Origin: an uncultured Solirubrobacteraceae bacterium
Lineage (GTDB): Bacteria; Actinomycetota; Thermoleophilia; Solirubrobacterales; Solirubrobacteraceae
Direction of reading: 5' to 3'
Length of the DNA: 41,826 nt
NCBI GenBank assembly: GCA_964588985.1
Contig: CAZPQW010000027.1
Span: 1 to 41,826 of the forward strand
In this document: positions 7,226-17,581 of the stretch, in pieces
Layout of the letters: the number at the start of each line of letters is the position of its first letter
Position numbering within the stretch: position 1 is the stretch's first letter
Position numbers and translations under genes: made by a program
The notes under the pieces: model-generated
The model's database searches: none
The model's input: the letters and a program-made list of their open reading frames with translations, nothing else
What the model was told of the DNA's origin: nothing

Positions 7226-9163
7226 GTGATTTTCCGCAAACGCTGGACCGCCCTTGCGCTCGCCGGTGCAGTCGTGACGCTGCTCGCCGTCGCAGGCGCC
7301 CCCGCACTCGCCGCCGAGTTCACCGTCAACAGCACCGCCGACAGCACCAGTGGCGAATGCGCGAGCACTTGCACCCTGCGCGGCGCGATCGCAGCCGCCC
7401 GCCTCTCCGCCGACGCCAGCAACACGATCGACGTGCCCGCCGGCACCTACGAATTCGGTCCGGCCGACTCGGGACATCCGACCATCACCGGCGAGCTACG
7501 ACTCACCAACACAGCCGGCACCACGCTCACGATCAAGGGCGCGGGAGTGGGAGTCACGATCATCGACGCCGCAAGCCACGATCGCGCGATCAGCGTCACC
7601 GGCGGTGGCTCCGACGTGCTCGAAGGCCTCACCGTCGAGAAGGGCTTCCAGCACGAAGACGAAGCGTTCACCCAACTCGACGACCGCGGCGCCGGGGTCC
7701 TCCAGAGCGGGGGCGAACTGACCATCGACCACGTCCGCTTCACCGAAGACATCGACAACGGCTACGGCGGCGGGATAGACGTCGAGGGCAACGGCACGCT
7801 CAAGATCCTCGACTCCGAATTCGACCACGACATCGGCAACAACGGCGGCGGAGGTGCGGTGAGCATGCAGGCCGGGACAACGCTCGGCGTGTCCGACACC
7901 ACCTTCTACGGCGACACCTCCGGCACGGGCAGCGGCGGCGCGGTCTTCGCGATCAACGCCCACTCGTCGTTCTCCAACGTCACGTTCGCCGACGATGGCT
8001 GGGTCTCGCCGGGACTCACATACGAGGGCGGCGCCGCCTATCTCGAAGAAGGCACCGCGTCGTTCCTCAACGTCACCTTCTATGGCGACATCGCCGGCGG
8101 CAGCAAAGGCGGCGGCTCGGACATCAACGCCGGCGAAGGCGCTCAGGTGAGTCTCGCCAACGTCCTGCTCGGCCCCACCGGCGAAGGCGGTCTCGACCAG
8201 GCATGCGCCGGCTCCTCGGTCGGCGTCGCCCTCACCTGGAAGAACCTCGGCGGCAACCTCTCCACCGACGAAACCTGCGCGCTGGCCGGCGGGCAGATGG
8301 GGGTCGCGCTCGGCGTCGGGGAAATCGGCTCCAACGGCGGCCCCACGCAGACGGTGCCCCTGCTCGCGGGCAGCCCCGCGATAGACATCGGAGTGAGCGG
8401 CTGCCCCGCTACCGACCAGCGTGGCTACGGTCGCGCAGGACAGTGCGACAGCGGCGCGTTCGAGCTCGGCGGCGTCGCACCAGCTGTCGGCGGCGGCCCA
8501 CTCTCCTCGGTCCCCGTCACGCCCATCACGCCACCGGCCGCCGGCCCAACCGTCGCCTCGACCCCCAAGGCGATCGAAGCGCTCCGCCTCGGGTGCGTGC
8601 CCGCCGAACTGACCCTCAACGACGCCTACATCCGCGGCTCGCGCGTGCTGCTCAGCGGCAGCGCCGCCAAGCGCCTCGTCGGCGAGAAGGTCAGGATCCT
8701 CTTCAACAAGGTCAAGCAGGTCGCAACCGCCACCGTCAAAGCCAGCGGCCAGTTCCTCACCACCGCGCCGCTGCCGCCCGCCAGGATCCGCAACGCCCTC
8801 ACCACCCGCTACAGCGCCGCGATCGGCAAGCTCCGCTCGCTGCACCTGAAGCTCACCAGGCGCCTGCAGCTGGAACCGCCCACCGCCTCCGGCACGACCG
8901 TCACCCTCGCCGGCCACGTCGAGCTTCCGCTCACCAAGCCGATCGCTCCGATCGCAGTCGAAGAGCAGCTCGAATGCGGCAAGGTCGCGATCGTCAAGAC
9001 CTTCACACCGCCGGCCAGCGGGCGGTTCCACATCCAGGTGAGCGTCCCCGCCGACGCCAGGGCCGCGGTCTTCCAGCTCAAGAGCACGGTCGCGGCCAAC
9101 AGGCACGCCACCAAGCACGGCTTCACCACGTACAGCCTTCCGCTGCCGGTAGCGCTCGGCTGA
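7226..9163 (+). CDS. Secreted CSLREA / choice-of-anchor Q type beta-helix protein with C-terminal basic domain
   Basis: Signal peptide; FTVNSTAD...CTLRGAI; GGG/GGA repeats; NGGPTQTVPLLAGSPAID...CPATDQRG...CDSGAFE; Pro-rich linker. Confidence 0.85.
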   Translation: MIFRKRWTALALAGAVVTLLAVAGAPALAAEFTVNSTADSTSGECASTCTLRGAIAAARLSADASNTIDVPAGTYEFGPADSGHPTITGELRLTNTAGTTLTIKGAGVGVTIIDAASHDRAISVTGGGSDVLEGLTVEKGFQHEDEAFTQLDDRGAGVLQSGGELTIDHVRFTEDIDNGYGGGIDVEGNGTLKILDSEFDHDIGNNGGGGAVSMQAGTTLGVSDTTFYGDTSGTGSGGAVFAINAHSSFSNVTFADDGWVSPGLTYEGGAAYLEEGTASFLNVTFYGDIAGGSKGGGSDINAGEGAQVSLANVLLGPTGEGGLDQACAGSSVGVALTWKNLGGNLSTDETCALAGGQMGVALGVGEIGSNGGPTQTVPLLAGSPAIDIGVSGCPATDQRGYGRAGQCDSGAFELGGVAPAVGGGPLSSVPVTPITPPAAGPTVASTPKAIEALRLGCVPAELTLNDAYIRGSRVLLSGSAAKRLVGEKVRILFNKVKQVATATVKASGQFLTTAPLPPARIRNALTTRYSAAIGKLRSLHLKLTRRLQLEPPTASGTTVTLAGHVELPLTKPIAPIAVEEQLECGKVAIVKTFTPPASGRFHIQVSVPADARAAVFQLKSTVAANRHATKHGFTTYSLPLPVALG

Positions 9164-9253
9164 CACGCCGCAACCTGCCACGCGAAACTCCCGGCCGCGG
9201 ACGCGCCCTGGGCTCAAGCGCCAGCGCTCCTATTCCGAAGAATAGGCAAACCG

Positions 9254-10342
9254 ATGTACTCCGAATCATCTCAGTCCCTTTGGCAGGCGCTAGGCGCCAC
9301 CGGTGAGGGGCTCGCCGTGGATGGGCCGCCGCGGACAGCAGCCGCGCCCACGCCACTGCGCGCGCTCGCACTGAGACTCGCCGACGGGCGCCCGCCGATC
9401 GCGTGGTCGCTCGCGCTGCTCTTCTTCTTCAAGGGCCTCATCTGCCTCGCCACCGTCGCCTTCCCGATCAGCGCCACCGAGCCCACCGGCCTCGTCGCGG
9501 CCATCGGCACGATGGGCGTACTCGTCGCATGCTGCGTCTGGCTGCTCGCCAACCGCATATCGCTCTTCGGCTTCGAGCTGCTCGCGGCGGGCGGATCGAT
9601 CGTCACCAGCAGCCTGATCGCAAACGCCTCCACCCACGGCGGGATGATGATCGCCGCGTTCGCCTACCCCTGGATCGTGATCTACGCCGCGCACTTCTTC
9701 CCCCGCCGCGCCGTCAACCTGCAGGGGCTGTTGATCTCGGTCGGCTTCGGTGTAGCGCTGCTGATCGGGAGGCTCCCACACGTGGCGATCTACTGGGTCG
9801 TCGTCACCATCACCATCTGGTCCATCTGCATCCTGCTCGGCAACCTCAGCGAGAGCCTGCGGCGCCAGGCGGGCACCGACCATCTGACGGGTCTGCTCAA
9901 CCGCAGCGGCTTCCTGACCGCGGCGCTGCGCGAGCGCGCGCTCGCGACCCGCACCAGATCTCCACTCACTCTCGCGGTGATCGACCTCGACGACTTCAAG
10001 CAGATCAACGATCGCGCCGGACACGCCGCTGGCGATCGGCTGCTCGCGGCGCTCGGCCGCCGCTGGCGCGAGTGCGTCCGCCCCAGCGACATCCTCGCCC
10101 GCTACGGCGGCGACGAGTTCGTGCTGCTGCTCCCCTGCACCACGCCCACCGGGGCGCAGGCCGCGCTCGGACGCCTGCGCGGCGGCGAGGATCCCATCGG
10201 TTGGTCGACCGGCGTAAGCGAGTGGCTGCCCGGGGAGGATCTCGACACCACGTTCGCGCGCGCCGACCGCAACCTCTACGAGTCCAAGCTGTCGAGGGGC
10301 CAAAGCCCAGGGCCCGCGACTCTGAGCGAGCCGCGGGCCTGA
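9254..10342 (+). CDS. Membrane-bound diguanylate cyclase (GGDEF)
   Basis: Several N-terminal TM helices; TDHLTGLLNR, DLDDFKQIND, GHAAGD, RPSD I-site and RYGGDEF. Confidence 0.93.
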   Translation: MYSESSQSLWQALGATGEGLAVDGPPRTAAAPTPLRALALRLADGRPPIAWSLALLFFFKGLICLATVAFPISATEPTGLVAAIGTMGVLVACCVWLLANRISLFGFELLAAGGSIVTSSLIANASTHGGMMIAAFAYPWIVIYAAHFFPRRAVNLQGLLISVGFGVALLIGRLPHVAIYWVVVTITIWSICILLGNLSESLRRQAGTDHLTGLLNRSGFLTAALRERALATRTRSPLTLAVIDLDDFKQINDRAGHAAGDRLLAALGRRWRECVRPSDILARYGGDEFVLLLPCTTPTGAQAALGRLRGGEDPIGWSTGVSEWLPGEDLDTTFARADRNLYESKLSRGQSPGPATLSEPRA

Positions 10343-10384
10343 GCCTCGCCATTCACCGACGCGCGCGACGAAGCGCGCCGTCGC

Positions 10385-12358
10385 TCACTTCTCCTTCTGC
10401 CCCGTCGTCGGGTTCAGGTACAGCCTTCCGTTGCGCTTACCGGCGAATTCGAACATCCCCGCGAGGTCGAACGGAACGCCCTCGCTCGCGTTCGTACCAG
10501 CCAGCAGCTGATCGGCCGAGCCGGCGATGCCGGGAACGCCCCAGTTGTACTCGATGAAGTTGATCATCGAGGACTGATCGCTGAGGTTGTGGTCGACCGC
10601 GTTCTTCTTGGCGAACGGGGAGATCACCATCATCGGCAGACGCGGGCCGAAGCCGCAGCGGCCCTGTTCGCCCGACAGCGGCGTCGGGGTTTCGAGCGTC
10701 CCCTGCGGGTTGCCGCCGCACTGACCCGACGTGCCGAGCGTCGGCACGCTGAGCGACGTGTTCGTCAGGTTGTCCGCCGGCGACAGCGACGCGTTGGTCA
10801 CACCGCTGTACACGTGGTCGTACCAGCCGTCGGAGTCGTCGTAGTTGACGATCACCGCCGTGCTCTTCCAGTCCGGCGAGCGCATCAGCTCGTTGATCGT
10901 GGTCGCGATGAACTGCTGCTCGTCCTCCGGCTCGGAGTACGCCGCGTGGCCGTCCTCGTACCCGGGGGCCTTGAGGAAGCTCACCGCCGGCAGCGCCGAC
11001 GCCGGCAGTTCGTGCCTGCTCACCGCTTCCACGAGCTGGTTGAAGTCGCTCGTGTCGTACTGGTGGTTAGGCGTGTTGAACTGCGGCACGCCGTTCGCGT
11101 AGGACTGCGTGTCGTGGCCGATCGCCTGAAGCCCCGCCAGGGTGTCCTGCCCGGTCGAGCTCGTGGGGATCGTCAGGTGGTGCGGGTTGGCGGTCGAAGC
11201 GTAGTACTGGAACGGCTCGTGGTGCGGGATGTAGTCGTCCTTGTAGCCCCACTGGCCCGTGCCGCCGAGCGCCACGCCCACCGGGTGAACCGTCGAGCAC
11301 AGGTTCTGGTTGCTCGAGTGCGCCGGCCGGTTCGCCGCGTTCCCGAAGTAGGAGGAGAACTCGTCCGGGATGAACGTGCTCGTCGGCTGACCCGTTTTGG
11401 CGTTCGCCGCGAGCGCTTCCTGGTAGCTGGCGCTCGGGCGCATGCCGCCCTCGAACCAGCCCCACGACACGCCTGCGGCGTTCAGCTCGTCGCCGATGTT
11501 CGTGCCCGACAGCGCCACCGCGTCGCGCGTCGAGCAGTCGTCCCAGTAGGGCTGCGCGTCGCTCGTCAGCGAGTAGCCGCCGAGGCCGTTCGCCGTGAGG
11601 TCCGCGTTGGGCGAGGTCGACGTCGCGATCGACGGGTTGTTCGCCTCGTGCGAGGTGTCCACGTTGCCGGTGTTGCCCGACACGAGGCTGATCGCGCCCG
11701 GCGCCGACGGTCCGAACGTGGTGTTGTAGGAGTTGTCGCTCATCGCGTAGTGCTGCGCGTAGTTCCACAGCGCGGGGAGCGTGTTGCCGTCGTAGTAGTC
11801 CATCACCGTCGCCGGCGTGCACGGCGTGCCGAACGGCGAGTTGCCGTTGCCCTGGCCGACGCTCTGGACGAAGTGGTCCATGTTCGCGCTGTCGAACGAC
11901 TGCTGCTCGTCGCTGTAGTTGTGGTCCTGGTCGCACGTCAGCTGGCCGCCCGCGCTGCCGGGCAGCCCCGTCGGGCTGCTGTCCAGCCGCTGCGGCTGCG
12001 CCGTGTTGGGGTTGCTGTAGAGGAGGTTCGCGATGTGCCGCAGGCTCGGCGGAAGAGATTCGCTCGTCGCGGGGAGCAGGCCGTCGACGGCCGGCGTGTT
12101 CTTCGCCGCCTTGAACGACTGCCCGTCGGAGTTGGCCGAGTGCGGATAGGTCCCGAAGTAGTGGTCGAACGACACGTTCTCCTGGAAGATCACCACCACG
12201 TGCTTGATCGGAGTCATGCTCGACGGTTCACCGCTTTTCGCTTGAACACGGGAAGCGCGGGCCGGTGTCCCCGCGGTAGCCGACTGGGCAGCGACCACGC
12301 TCCCCCCTGAAATCGCCAGCGCAGCCAACAGCGCTGGAACAGCGCGCTTGTGTCGCAT
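10385..12358 (-). CDS. Secreted phosphoesterase (phospholipase C / acid phosphatase family)
   Basis: PIKHVVVIFQENVSFDHYFGTY, HYAMSDN, YDDSDGWYDH, GPRLPMMVISPFAK; signal peptide; AGGAG RBS. Confidence 0.92.
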   Translation of the reverse strand: MRHKRAVPALLAALAISGGSVVAAQSATAGTPARASRVQAKSGEPSSMTPIKHVVVIFQENVSFDHYFGTYPHSANSDGQSFKAAKNTPAVDGLLPATSESLPPSLRHIANLLYSNPNTAQPQRLDSSPTGLPGSAGGQLTCDQDHNYSDEQQSFDSANMDHFVQSVGQGNGNSPFGTPCTPATVMDYYDGNTLPALWNYAQHYAMSDNSYNTTFGPSAPGAISLVSGNTGNVDTSHEANNPSIATSTSPNADLTANGLGGYSLTSDAQPYWDDCSTRDAVALSGTNIGDELNAAGVSWGWFEGGMRPSASYQEALAANAKTGQPTSTFIPDEFSSYFGNAANRPAHSSNQNLCSTVHPVGVALGGTGQWGYKDDYIPHHEPFQYYASTANPHHLTIPTSSTGQDTLAGLQAIGHDTQSYANGVPQFNTPNHQYDTSDFNQLVEAVSRHELPASALPAVSFLKAPGYEDGHAAYSEPEDEQQFIATTINELMRSPDWKSTAVIVNYDDSDGWYDHVYSGVTNASLSPADNLTNTSLSVPTLGTSGQCGGNPQGTLETPTPLSGEQGRCGFGPRLPMMVISPFAKKNAVDHNLSDQSSMINFIEYNWGVPGIAGSADQLLAGTNASEGVPFDLAGMFEFAGKRNGRLYLNPTTGQKEK

Positions 12359-12521
12359 GCGTGCTCTCCTTGATTGGGTTTTGTCACAGGCAGCCGCCTC
12401 CGGCGCCGTGTGGACTCACCCTTTCTCGGGTCTAACGCTCGCGGGTTGCGCGGATGTGACGCAGGTGTGTCAGATTCGTGACCAGAACGCGGGTCGCGTG
12501 CACGTTCCCGTCACGACGCTT

Positions 12522-13433
12522 TCACAACAATTCCACACCCCAGCGCGTCGTGAGTGAATCGCCCGGCTCGAGCCTGATCAACCCGTCACCGCTCTGAAAC
12601 GCGTTCGCCGCGCACGTCATCGGCTCCACCGCGAGGCCCGTGCGCCTGCGCGACGGGGCGAGGGAGTCCCCCGTGAAGAGCTGCAGGAAGCCGTGGCTCT
12701 CATCCACCCACAGCGCCACGCAGCCGCCGTCCGTGCCGGTCAGGCGCGTCACCGCCCTGCCCGAGTCCTCGCGCTCCAGATCGGTGAACGCCGCGTCCAC
12801 GCTCGCGGCGCCGATCGTGCGTGCACGACGGAAGTCGAACTGAGTTCCCTCGACCGGCTCGCTGCCCGAGCGGGTCGCGCTCGCCTCGTCGGTGAGGATG
12901 CGCGTGCGGGCGGGCAGCTCCAGCACGCACCCGTCCACCGTTCCCTCGCCGGGGGAGAGGTAGGGGTGCTGGCCGGCCCCGTACGGGCACGCCGCATCCC
13001 CCACGTTCGTCGCCGTCGTGGACACCGTCAACCCTGCCTCGCCCAGCTCATAGGCCACGCTCAGCTCGAGCGCGAACGGGTATCCGGGCATCGGGTGGAG
13101 CGTCGCGGCCATCGACACCCGCTCGGGCGTGTGCTCCGCCGCGCTCCACGAGCGCCAGCGCATGAAGCCGTGGATCGCGTTGCCCCGCGCCGGCTCGCTC
13201 AACTCCACCCGGTAGTCGACACCGTCGAAGCTGTAGCGCCCGCCCCGCAGCCGGTTTGGCCACGGCAGCAGCGGCGCCCCGTGCCCGCCGTCGCACATCC
13301 GCTCCAGCGGGTAGGGCTCGAGCACCTGCCGATCGCCGACCGCGTACTCGCGGATCCCGCCGCCGACCTCGACGATCGTCGCGCGCTGATCCCCGCTCGT
13401 GATCTCGAACTGCCTGCCCGAGGGGGCGATCAT
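12522..13433 (-). CDS. Aldose 1-epimerase family protein
   Basis: LLPWPNRL, NAIHG, GQHPY, QLFTG, AVEPMTC motifs. Confidence 0.92.
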   Translation of the reverse strand: MIAPSGRQFEITSGDQRATIVEVGGGIREYAVGDRQVLEPYPLERMCDGGHGAPLLPWPNRLRGGRYSFDGVDYRVELSEPARGNAIHGFMRWRSWSAAEHTPERVSMAATLHPMPGYPFALELSVAYELGEAGLTVSTTATNVGDAACPYGAGQHPYLSPGEGTVDGCVLELPARTRILTDEASATRSGSEPVEGTQFDFRRARTIGAASVDAAFTDLEREDSGRAVTRLTGTDGGCVALWVDESHGFLQLFTGDSLAPSRRRTGLAVEPMTCAANAFQSGDGLIRLEPGDSLTTRWGVELL

Positions 13434-13487
13434 CGTGCGCTCACCATATACCTCGGGCAAGCGATCCCGCGGTGTATGTTCTCCGCG

Positions 13488-14054
13488 ATGGCACGCCTGC
13501 CCGTCCTCGACCCAGCCGACGCCGATCCGGCCGTGCGCGCCGCGCTCGAGCGCCTCCCGCCGCTCGCCATCTTCGCGACCGTCGCCAACGCGCAGGGGAC
13601 GTTCGTCAACTGGCTGCGCTTCGGCGGCGACTGCCTCGACGCGCGCTGGTTCGACCCCGTGCTGCGCGAGCTCGCGATCCTCCGTGTCGCACGCCTCACA
13701 CCCGGAGCCGAATACGAGTGGGTGCAGCACGTGCCGATCCTCCTCGCCGTCGGCGGCTCACAGGAGCAGGCCGACGCCCTCGCCGCCGACGACGTCGATG
13801 CCGATGTGCTGGGGGAGGACGGCCGGCTCGTCGTGCGCTTCACCACCCAGGTTGTGCGGGACGCCACGCCCGACGAGCCCACGTTCGCCGCCATGAGCGC
13901 GCGTTTCACACCCGCCGAGATCGTGCAGCTGCTGCTCGTCATCGGCCAGTACATGACCGTCGCGCGCGTCATGGCCACCGCGCAGCTGGAGGTCGACGCG
14001 GTGCTCGGCGCGGACGTGATCGCCGGCGTCCAGCGCGGCGAGACGCGAAGCTAG
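13488..14054 (+). CDS. Carboxymuconolactone decarboxylase/AhpD-like family protein
   Basis: MARLPVLDP; LRELAILRVA...YEWVQH; EIVQLLLVIGQY. Confidence 0.88.
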   Translation: MARLPVLDPADADPAVRAALERLPPLAIFATVANAQGTFVNWLRFGGDCLDARWFDPVLRELAILRVARLTPGAEYEWVQHVPILLAVGGSQEQADALAADDVDADVLGEDGRLVVRFTTQVVRDATPDEPTFAAMSARFTPAEIVQLLLVIGQYMTVARVMATAQLEVDAVLGADVIAGVQRGETRS

Positions 14055-15028
14055 TTCGCCACCACCGCGAGGAAATCGCGGCTGTACGGTTCGAGCAGGT
14101 GCCCCGCGATTCCCAGCTGGCCCGGAACGAGCGGCACCGGCACCGGGCCGGTCGGATGATGCGGGTAGAGGTAGCCGGCCACCCAGTCGGGGTTGATGTC
14201 GAGCTCGATCGCCCGGAGCGCCCCGGCCGCGATCAGTGAGCTCGCCAGTTCGGCCGGCAGCAGGTTCTCGCCGGCGGCCCACACGAGCTGCCCGCTCGCC
14301 GTGATGCCCAGGCCCGAACGCGCCACCTGCGTGCGCGGGCCCACCGTCGCGCCCCAGCAGCTGGTGACGCAGCTGGAGACGTTCGCGGCCGCCACGCCGC
14401 GGTCGACCAGCAGCTGCTGGTTCTGCAGTACCGAGAAGACCTTCTCTCGCGCGCTCGGCACGCCCGCATCCCATGCTCCGATGTTGGTCTGCCCGTCGGT
14501 GTAGGTCACGATCGACGCCAGCCCGGGCTTCAGCGCAACCGCCACATGGCCCGCCGACACAAATCCCACATTGGAGTAGGTGAGCTTGAAGCCGCCGTTG
14601 AACGCCGCCACGAGCAGGTGAACCTCTCGCGGCGTGACGCGGTCGCCGTAGACCCATCCGACGGTGCCGCCGTCGCTCGAGCCGGCATGCAGCGTGAGAT
14701 GCACGAGGCGCTGATCGAGGCGCATCAGCGTCACGCCCGAGCGCTGTGCGACCCACACCGCCGGCTGTCCATGGACGAGCGCCGCCGTCGTCCACGCGCT
14801 CGTCGCCCTCGTCGGCGGCGTCACCTGCAGATGTGGCACGACGTGGCCGGCTGTACGGGCTGCCGCAACGCGCTGTCGCGTGTGCGCTCGTCGGGTGTGC
14901 CCGCTCAGGCCCGCGTCGGCGATCGCGTGCCGCTCGTCGGAGCGGCCGACCGCCACGCTCATGTAGGCGCCGCTGGCCACCGCCAACACCACCAGAGCCA
15001 GGAGCGTGAAGCGACGGCGTGCGTACAT
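14051..15028 (-). CDS. Exported phosphodiester glycosidase (NAGPA-like) family protein
   Basis: N-terminal hydrophobic anchor; AAFNGGF, ARSGLG, AIELDIN and C-terminal RDF motifs. Confidence 0.7.
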   Translation of the reverse strand: MYARRRFTLLALVVLAVASGAYMSVAVGRSDERHAIADAGLSGHTRRAHTRQRVAAARTAGHVVPHLQVTPPTRATSAWTTAALVHGQPAVWVAQRSGVTLMRLDQRLVHLTLHAGSSDGGTVGWVYGDRVTPREVHLLVAAFNGGFKLTYSNVGFVSAGHVAVALKPGLASIVTYTDGQTNIGAWDAGVPSAREKVFSVLQNQQLLVDRGVAAANVSSCVTSCWGATVGPRTQVARSGLGITASGQLVWAAGENLLPAELASSLIAAGALRAIELDINPDWVAGYLYPHHPTGPVPVPLVPGQLGIAGHLLEPYSRDFLAVVAN

Positions 15029-15143
15029 CAGAACGCTGATGCTAGACCCATGGCGCCATGGCGTAGCTAAGCGTGAGAGCCATCTCACGGTCCTGTATCG
15101 TGGCCTCGAGGAGGGTGAACCGCGAGAGAGGGAGCGGGAGTCC

Positions 15144-16748
15144 ATGTTCGACTACGTGATCGTGGGTGCCGGGTCAGCGGGGTGCGTGCTCGCGAGCCGT
15201 CTAAGCGAGGACCCGGACGCGCGGGTGCTTTTGCTCGAGGCCGGCCCGCCGGACGTCAACCAGAACATCCACGTTCCGCTCGGCTATCTCAAACTGGGCG
15301 CCACCGAGGTCGACTGGGATTACCACTCGGCGCCCGAGCAGGAGTGCAACGGCAGACGGATCACGCTCCCGCGCGGCAAGGTGCTCGGCGGGTCCTCCTC
15401 GATCAACGCGATGGTCTACATCCGCGGCAACCGCCGCGACTACGACGACTGGGGCGTCCCCGGCTGGTCGTGGGCCGACGTGCTGCCGTACTTCATCAAG
15501 GCCGAGGACAACGAGCGCGGCGCCTCCGAGTACCACGGCGTCGGCGGACCGCTGCCGGTCAGCGACGAGCGCTCCCACAACCGCATCTCGCACGCGTTCG
15601 CCGACGCGGGCGAGCAGTGCGGCCTCGGGCGCAACGAGGACTTCAACGGCGCCGAGCAGGACGGCCTCGGCCTCTACCAGGTGACCCAGCGCGCCGGGAT
15701 GCGCGCGAGCACAGCCGTCGCCTATCTGCACCCCGCGATGCAGCGGCCCAACCTCACCGTGATGCCGTACATGCGGGTCGAGCGCGTGCTGTTCGAGGGC
15801 ACGCGCGCTGTCGGCGTCCAGGCGAGCCGGCTCGGCGAGGTCCAGGAGCTGCGCGCCGAGCGCGAGGTGATCCTCTGCGGCGGCTCCTACAACACCCCGC
15901 AGCTGCTCATGCTCTCGGGCGTCGGCCCCGCCGAACACCTCACCATGCGCGAGGTCGAGGTGCTGCTCGACCGCCCCACCGTCGGGGAAAACCTCTCCGA
16001 CCACGCCGCAACGCAGCTCGTGTGGACCACCCCCGAGCCCGAGAGCCTGCTGCTCGCGCTCGAGCCCGACGCGCTCGCGGAGTACGAAGCCACGCAGACC
16101 GGGCCGTTCGCGTCCAACCTCGCCGAGGCCGGCGGCTTCGCGCGCGTCGCCCCCGACGCGCCGGCGCCCGACGTGCAGTTTCATCTCGCGCCGGTGCACA
16201 TCGTCGAAGAGGGGCTCGGCGACCCCCAGGCCCACGGCGTGTGGGTCTCGCCGTGCCTGCTCACGCCGCACAGCCGCGGCACCGTGCGGCTCGCGTCCAA
16301 CGACCCCACCGCCAAGCCGATCGTGCACAACGCGTTCTACACCGCCGGTGACGACATGCAGCGGATGATCGCCGGGCTGCGCCTCACGCTCGACATCTGC
16401 GGCCAGCCCGCCATGAGGCCGTACTGCGCCGAGCCGTTCAACACCCCCGACGGCGACAGCGACGAGGCGCTCAGGGCGCACGCCGCGCGAACCACCTTCG
16501 CCGTCTACCACCCCGTCGGCACGTGCAGGATGGGCACCGACCCCGACGCGGTCGTCGACGAGCAGTTGCGCGTCAACGGCCTCGAGGGGCTGCGCGTCGT
16601 CGACGCGTCGGTGATGCCGACGGTCCCGCGCGGGAACACCAACGCGCCCGTCATCGCCGTCGCCGAGCGCGCCGCCGACCTGATCCGCCACGGCCGCGCG
16701 CTGGCCGTGCCGAGCGCCCCCACGGCCCACGAGCAGACCACCGCGTGA
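15144..16748 (+). CDS. GMC family FAD oxidoreductase (choline dehydrogenase-like)
   Basis: DYVIVGAGSAG, RGKVLGGSSSINAMVY, PQLLMLSGVG, YHPVGTCRMG, VVDASVMP, GNTNAP. Confidence 0.95.
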   Translation: MFDYVIVGAGSAGCVLASRLSEDPDARVLLLEAGPPDVNQNIHVPLGYLKLGATEVDWDYHSAPEQECNGRRITLPRGKVLGGSSSINAMVYIRGNRRDYDDWGVPGWSWADVLPYFIKAEDNERGASEYHGVGGPLPVSDERSHNRISHAFADAGEQCGLGRNEDFNGAEQDGLGLYQVTQRAGMRASTAVAYLHPAMQRPNLTVMPYMRVERVLFEGTRAVGVQASRLGEVQELRAEREVILCGGSYNTPQLLMLSGVGPAEHLTMREVEVLLDRPTVGENLSDHAATQLVWTTPEPESLLLALEPDALAEYEATQTGPFASNLAEAGGFARVAPDAPAPDVQFHLAPVHIVEEGLGDPQAHGVWVSPCLLTPHSRGTVRLASNDPTAKPIVHNAFYTAGDDMQRMIAGLRLTLDICGQPAMRPYCAEPFNTPDGDSDEALRAHAARTTFAVYHPVGTCRMGTDPDAVVDEQLRVNGLEGLRVVDASVMPTVPRGNTNAPVIAVAERAADLIRHGRALAVPSAPTAHEQTTA

Positions 16749-17581
16749 ACGTCTCACCGAGCGCCATCCACCACCTCAACTGCGGCACCTTGTGCCCGCA
16801 CGGCGCACGGCTGCTCACGGGCGAAGGCGGCCTGTTCGAGAACGCGCGGCTCGTCTGCCACTGCCTGCTGATCGAGGGCGCCGACGGCCTCGTGCTCGTC
16901 GATACGGGCTTCGGCCTCGACGACACGCGCCGGCCGCGCCAGCTCGGACGTCCGTTCACAACGCTCATCCGCCCCCGGCTGGACGCCTCGGAGACCGCCA
17001 TCGCGCAGATCCGCGAGCTCGGCTTCGACCCGCACGACGTACGCCACATCATCACAACTCATCTCGACCTCGATCACGCCGGCGGCCTGCCGGACTTTCC
17101 CGAAGCCGAGGTTCACCTCATGGGACGCGAGCTCGACGCCGCGCTGCGCCCCCGCTGGAACGAAAAGCTCCGCTACGTCGCGGCGCACTGGGCGCACGGC
17201 CCGCGCTGGGTCCAGCACGAGGTCGAAGGCGATCGCTGGCTCGGCTTCGACAGCGTGCGCATCCTCCCCGGCAGCGACGCGGAGATCCTCCTGATCCCCC
17301 TGCACGGGCACACCTTCGGCCACACCGGCATCGCGATCAAGCGCGCGGACGACTGGCTGCTGCACTGCGGCGACGCGTACTTCCACCACCGCGAGGTGCA
17401 GACGCCCTCGCACACCCCCAGGGCGCTCGAGGCCTTCCAGCTGTTCGACGACGCCGATCGCTCCGCGCGTAGGGAGAACCGCGAGCGCCTGCGCGAGCTC
17501 GCCCAACGCCACTCCGGCGAGGTCGAGCTGATCTGCTCACACGACGCTACGACGCTCGATCGCTGCTCAGGCGTCGCCTGA
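16745..17581 (+). CDS. MBL-fold metallo-hydrolase
   Basis: LVDTGFG, THLDLDHAGG, GHTFGH, CGDAY, CSHD; GTG overlaps the upstream TGA. Confidence 0.92.
   Translation: MNVSPSAIHHLNCGTLCPHGARLLTGEGGLFENARLVCHCLLIEGADGLVLVDTGFGLDDTRRPRQLGRPFTTLIRPRLDASETAIAQIRELGFDPHDVRHIITTHLDLDHAGGLPDFPEAEVHLMGRELDAALRPRWNEKLRYVAAHWAHGPRWVQHEVEGDRWLGFDSVRILPGSDAEILLIPLHGHTFGHTGIAIKRADDWLLHCGDAYFHHREVQTPSHTPRALEAFQLFDDADRSARRENRERLRELAQRHSGEVELICSHDATTLDRCSGVA

Noticed and set aside
7357-9306. Long alternative-frame ORFs (also 7496-9217, 10589-12310, 27494-29425, 33093-34715 and others)
   Set aside because: Typical high-GC shadow frames overlapping genes with clear family motifs.
12453-12516. GTGAC/GTCAC words upstream of the phosphoesterase (CRP-like site?)
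   Set aside because: Spacing does not fit TGTGA-N6-TCACA; pairing is weak for GC-rich DNA.
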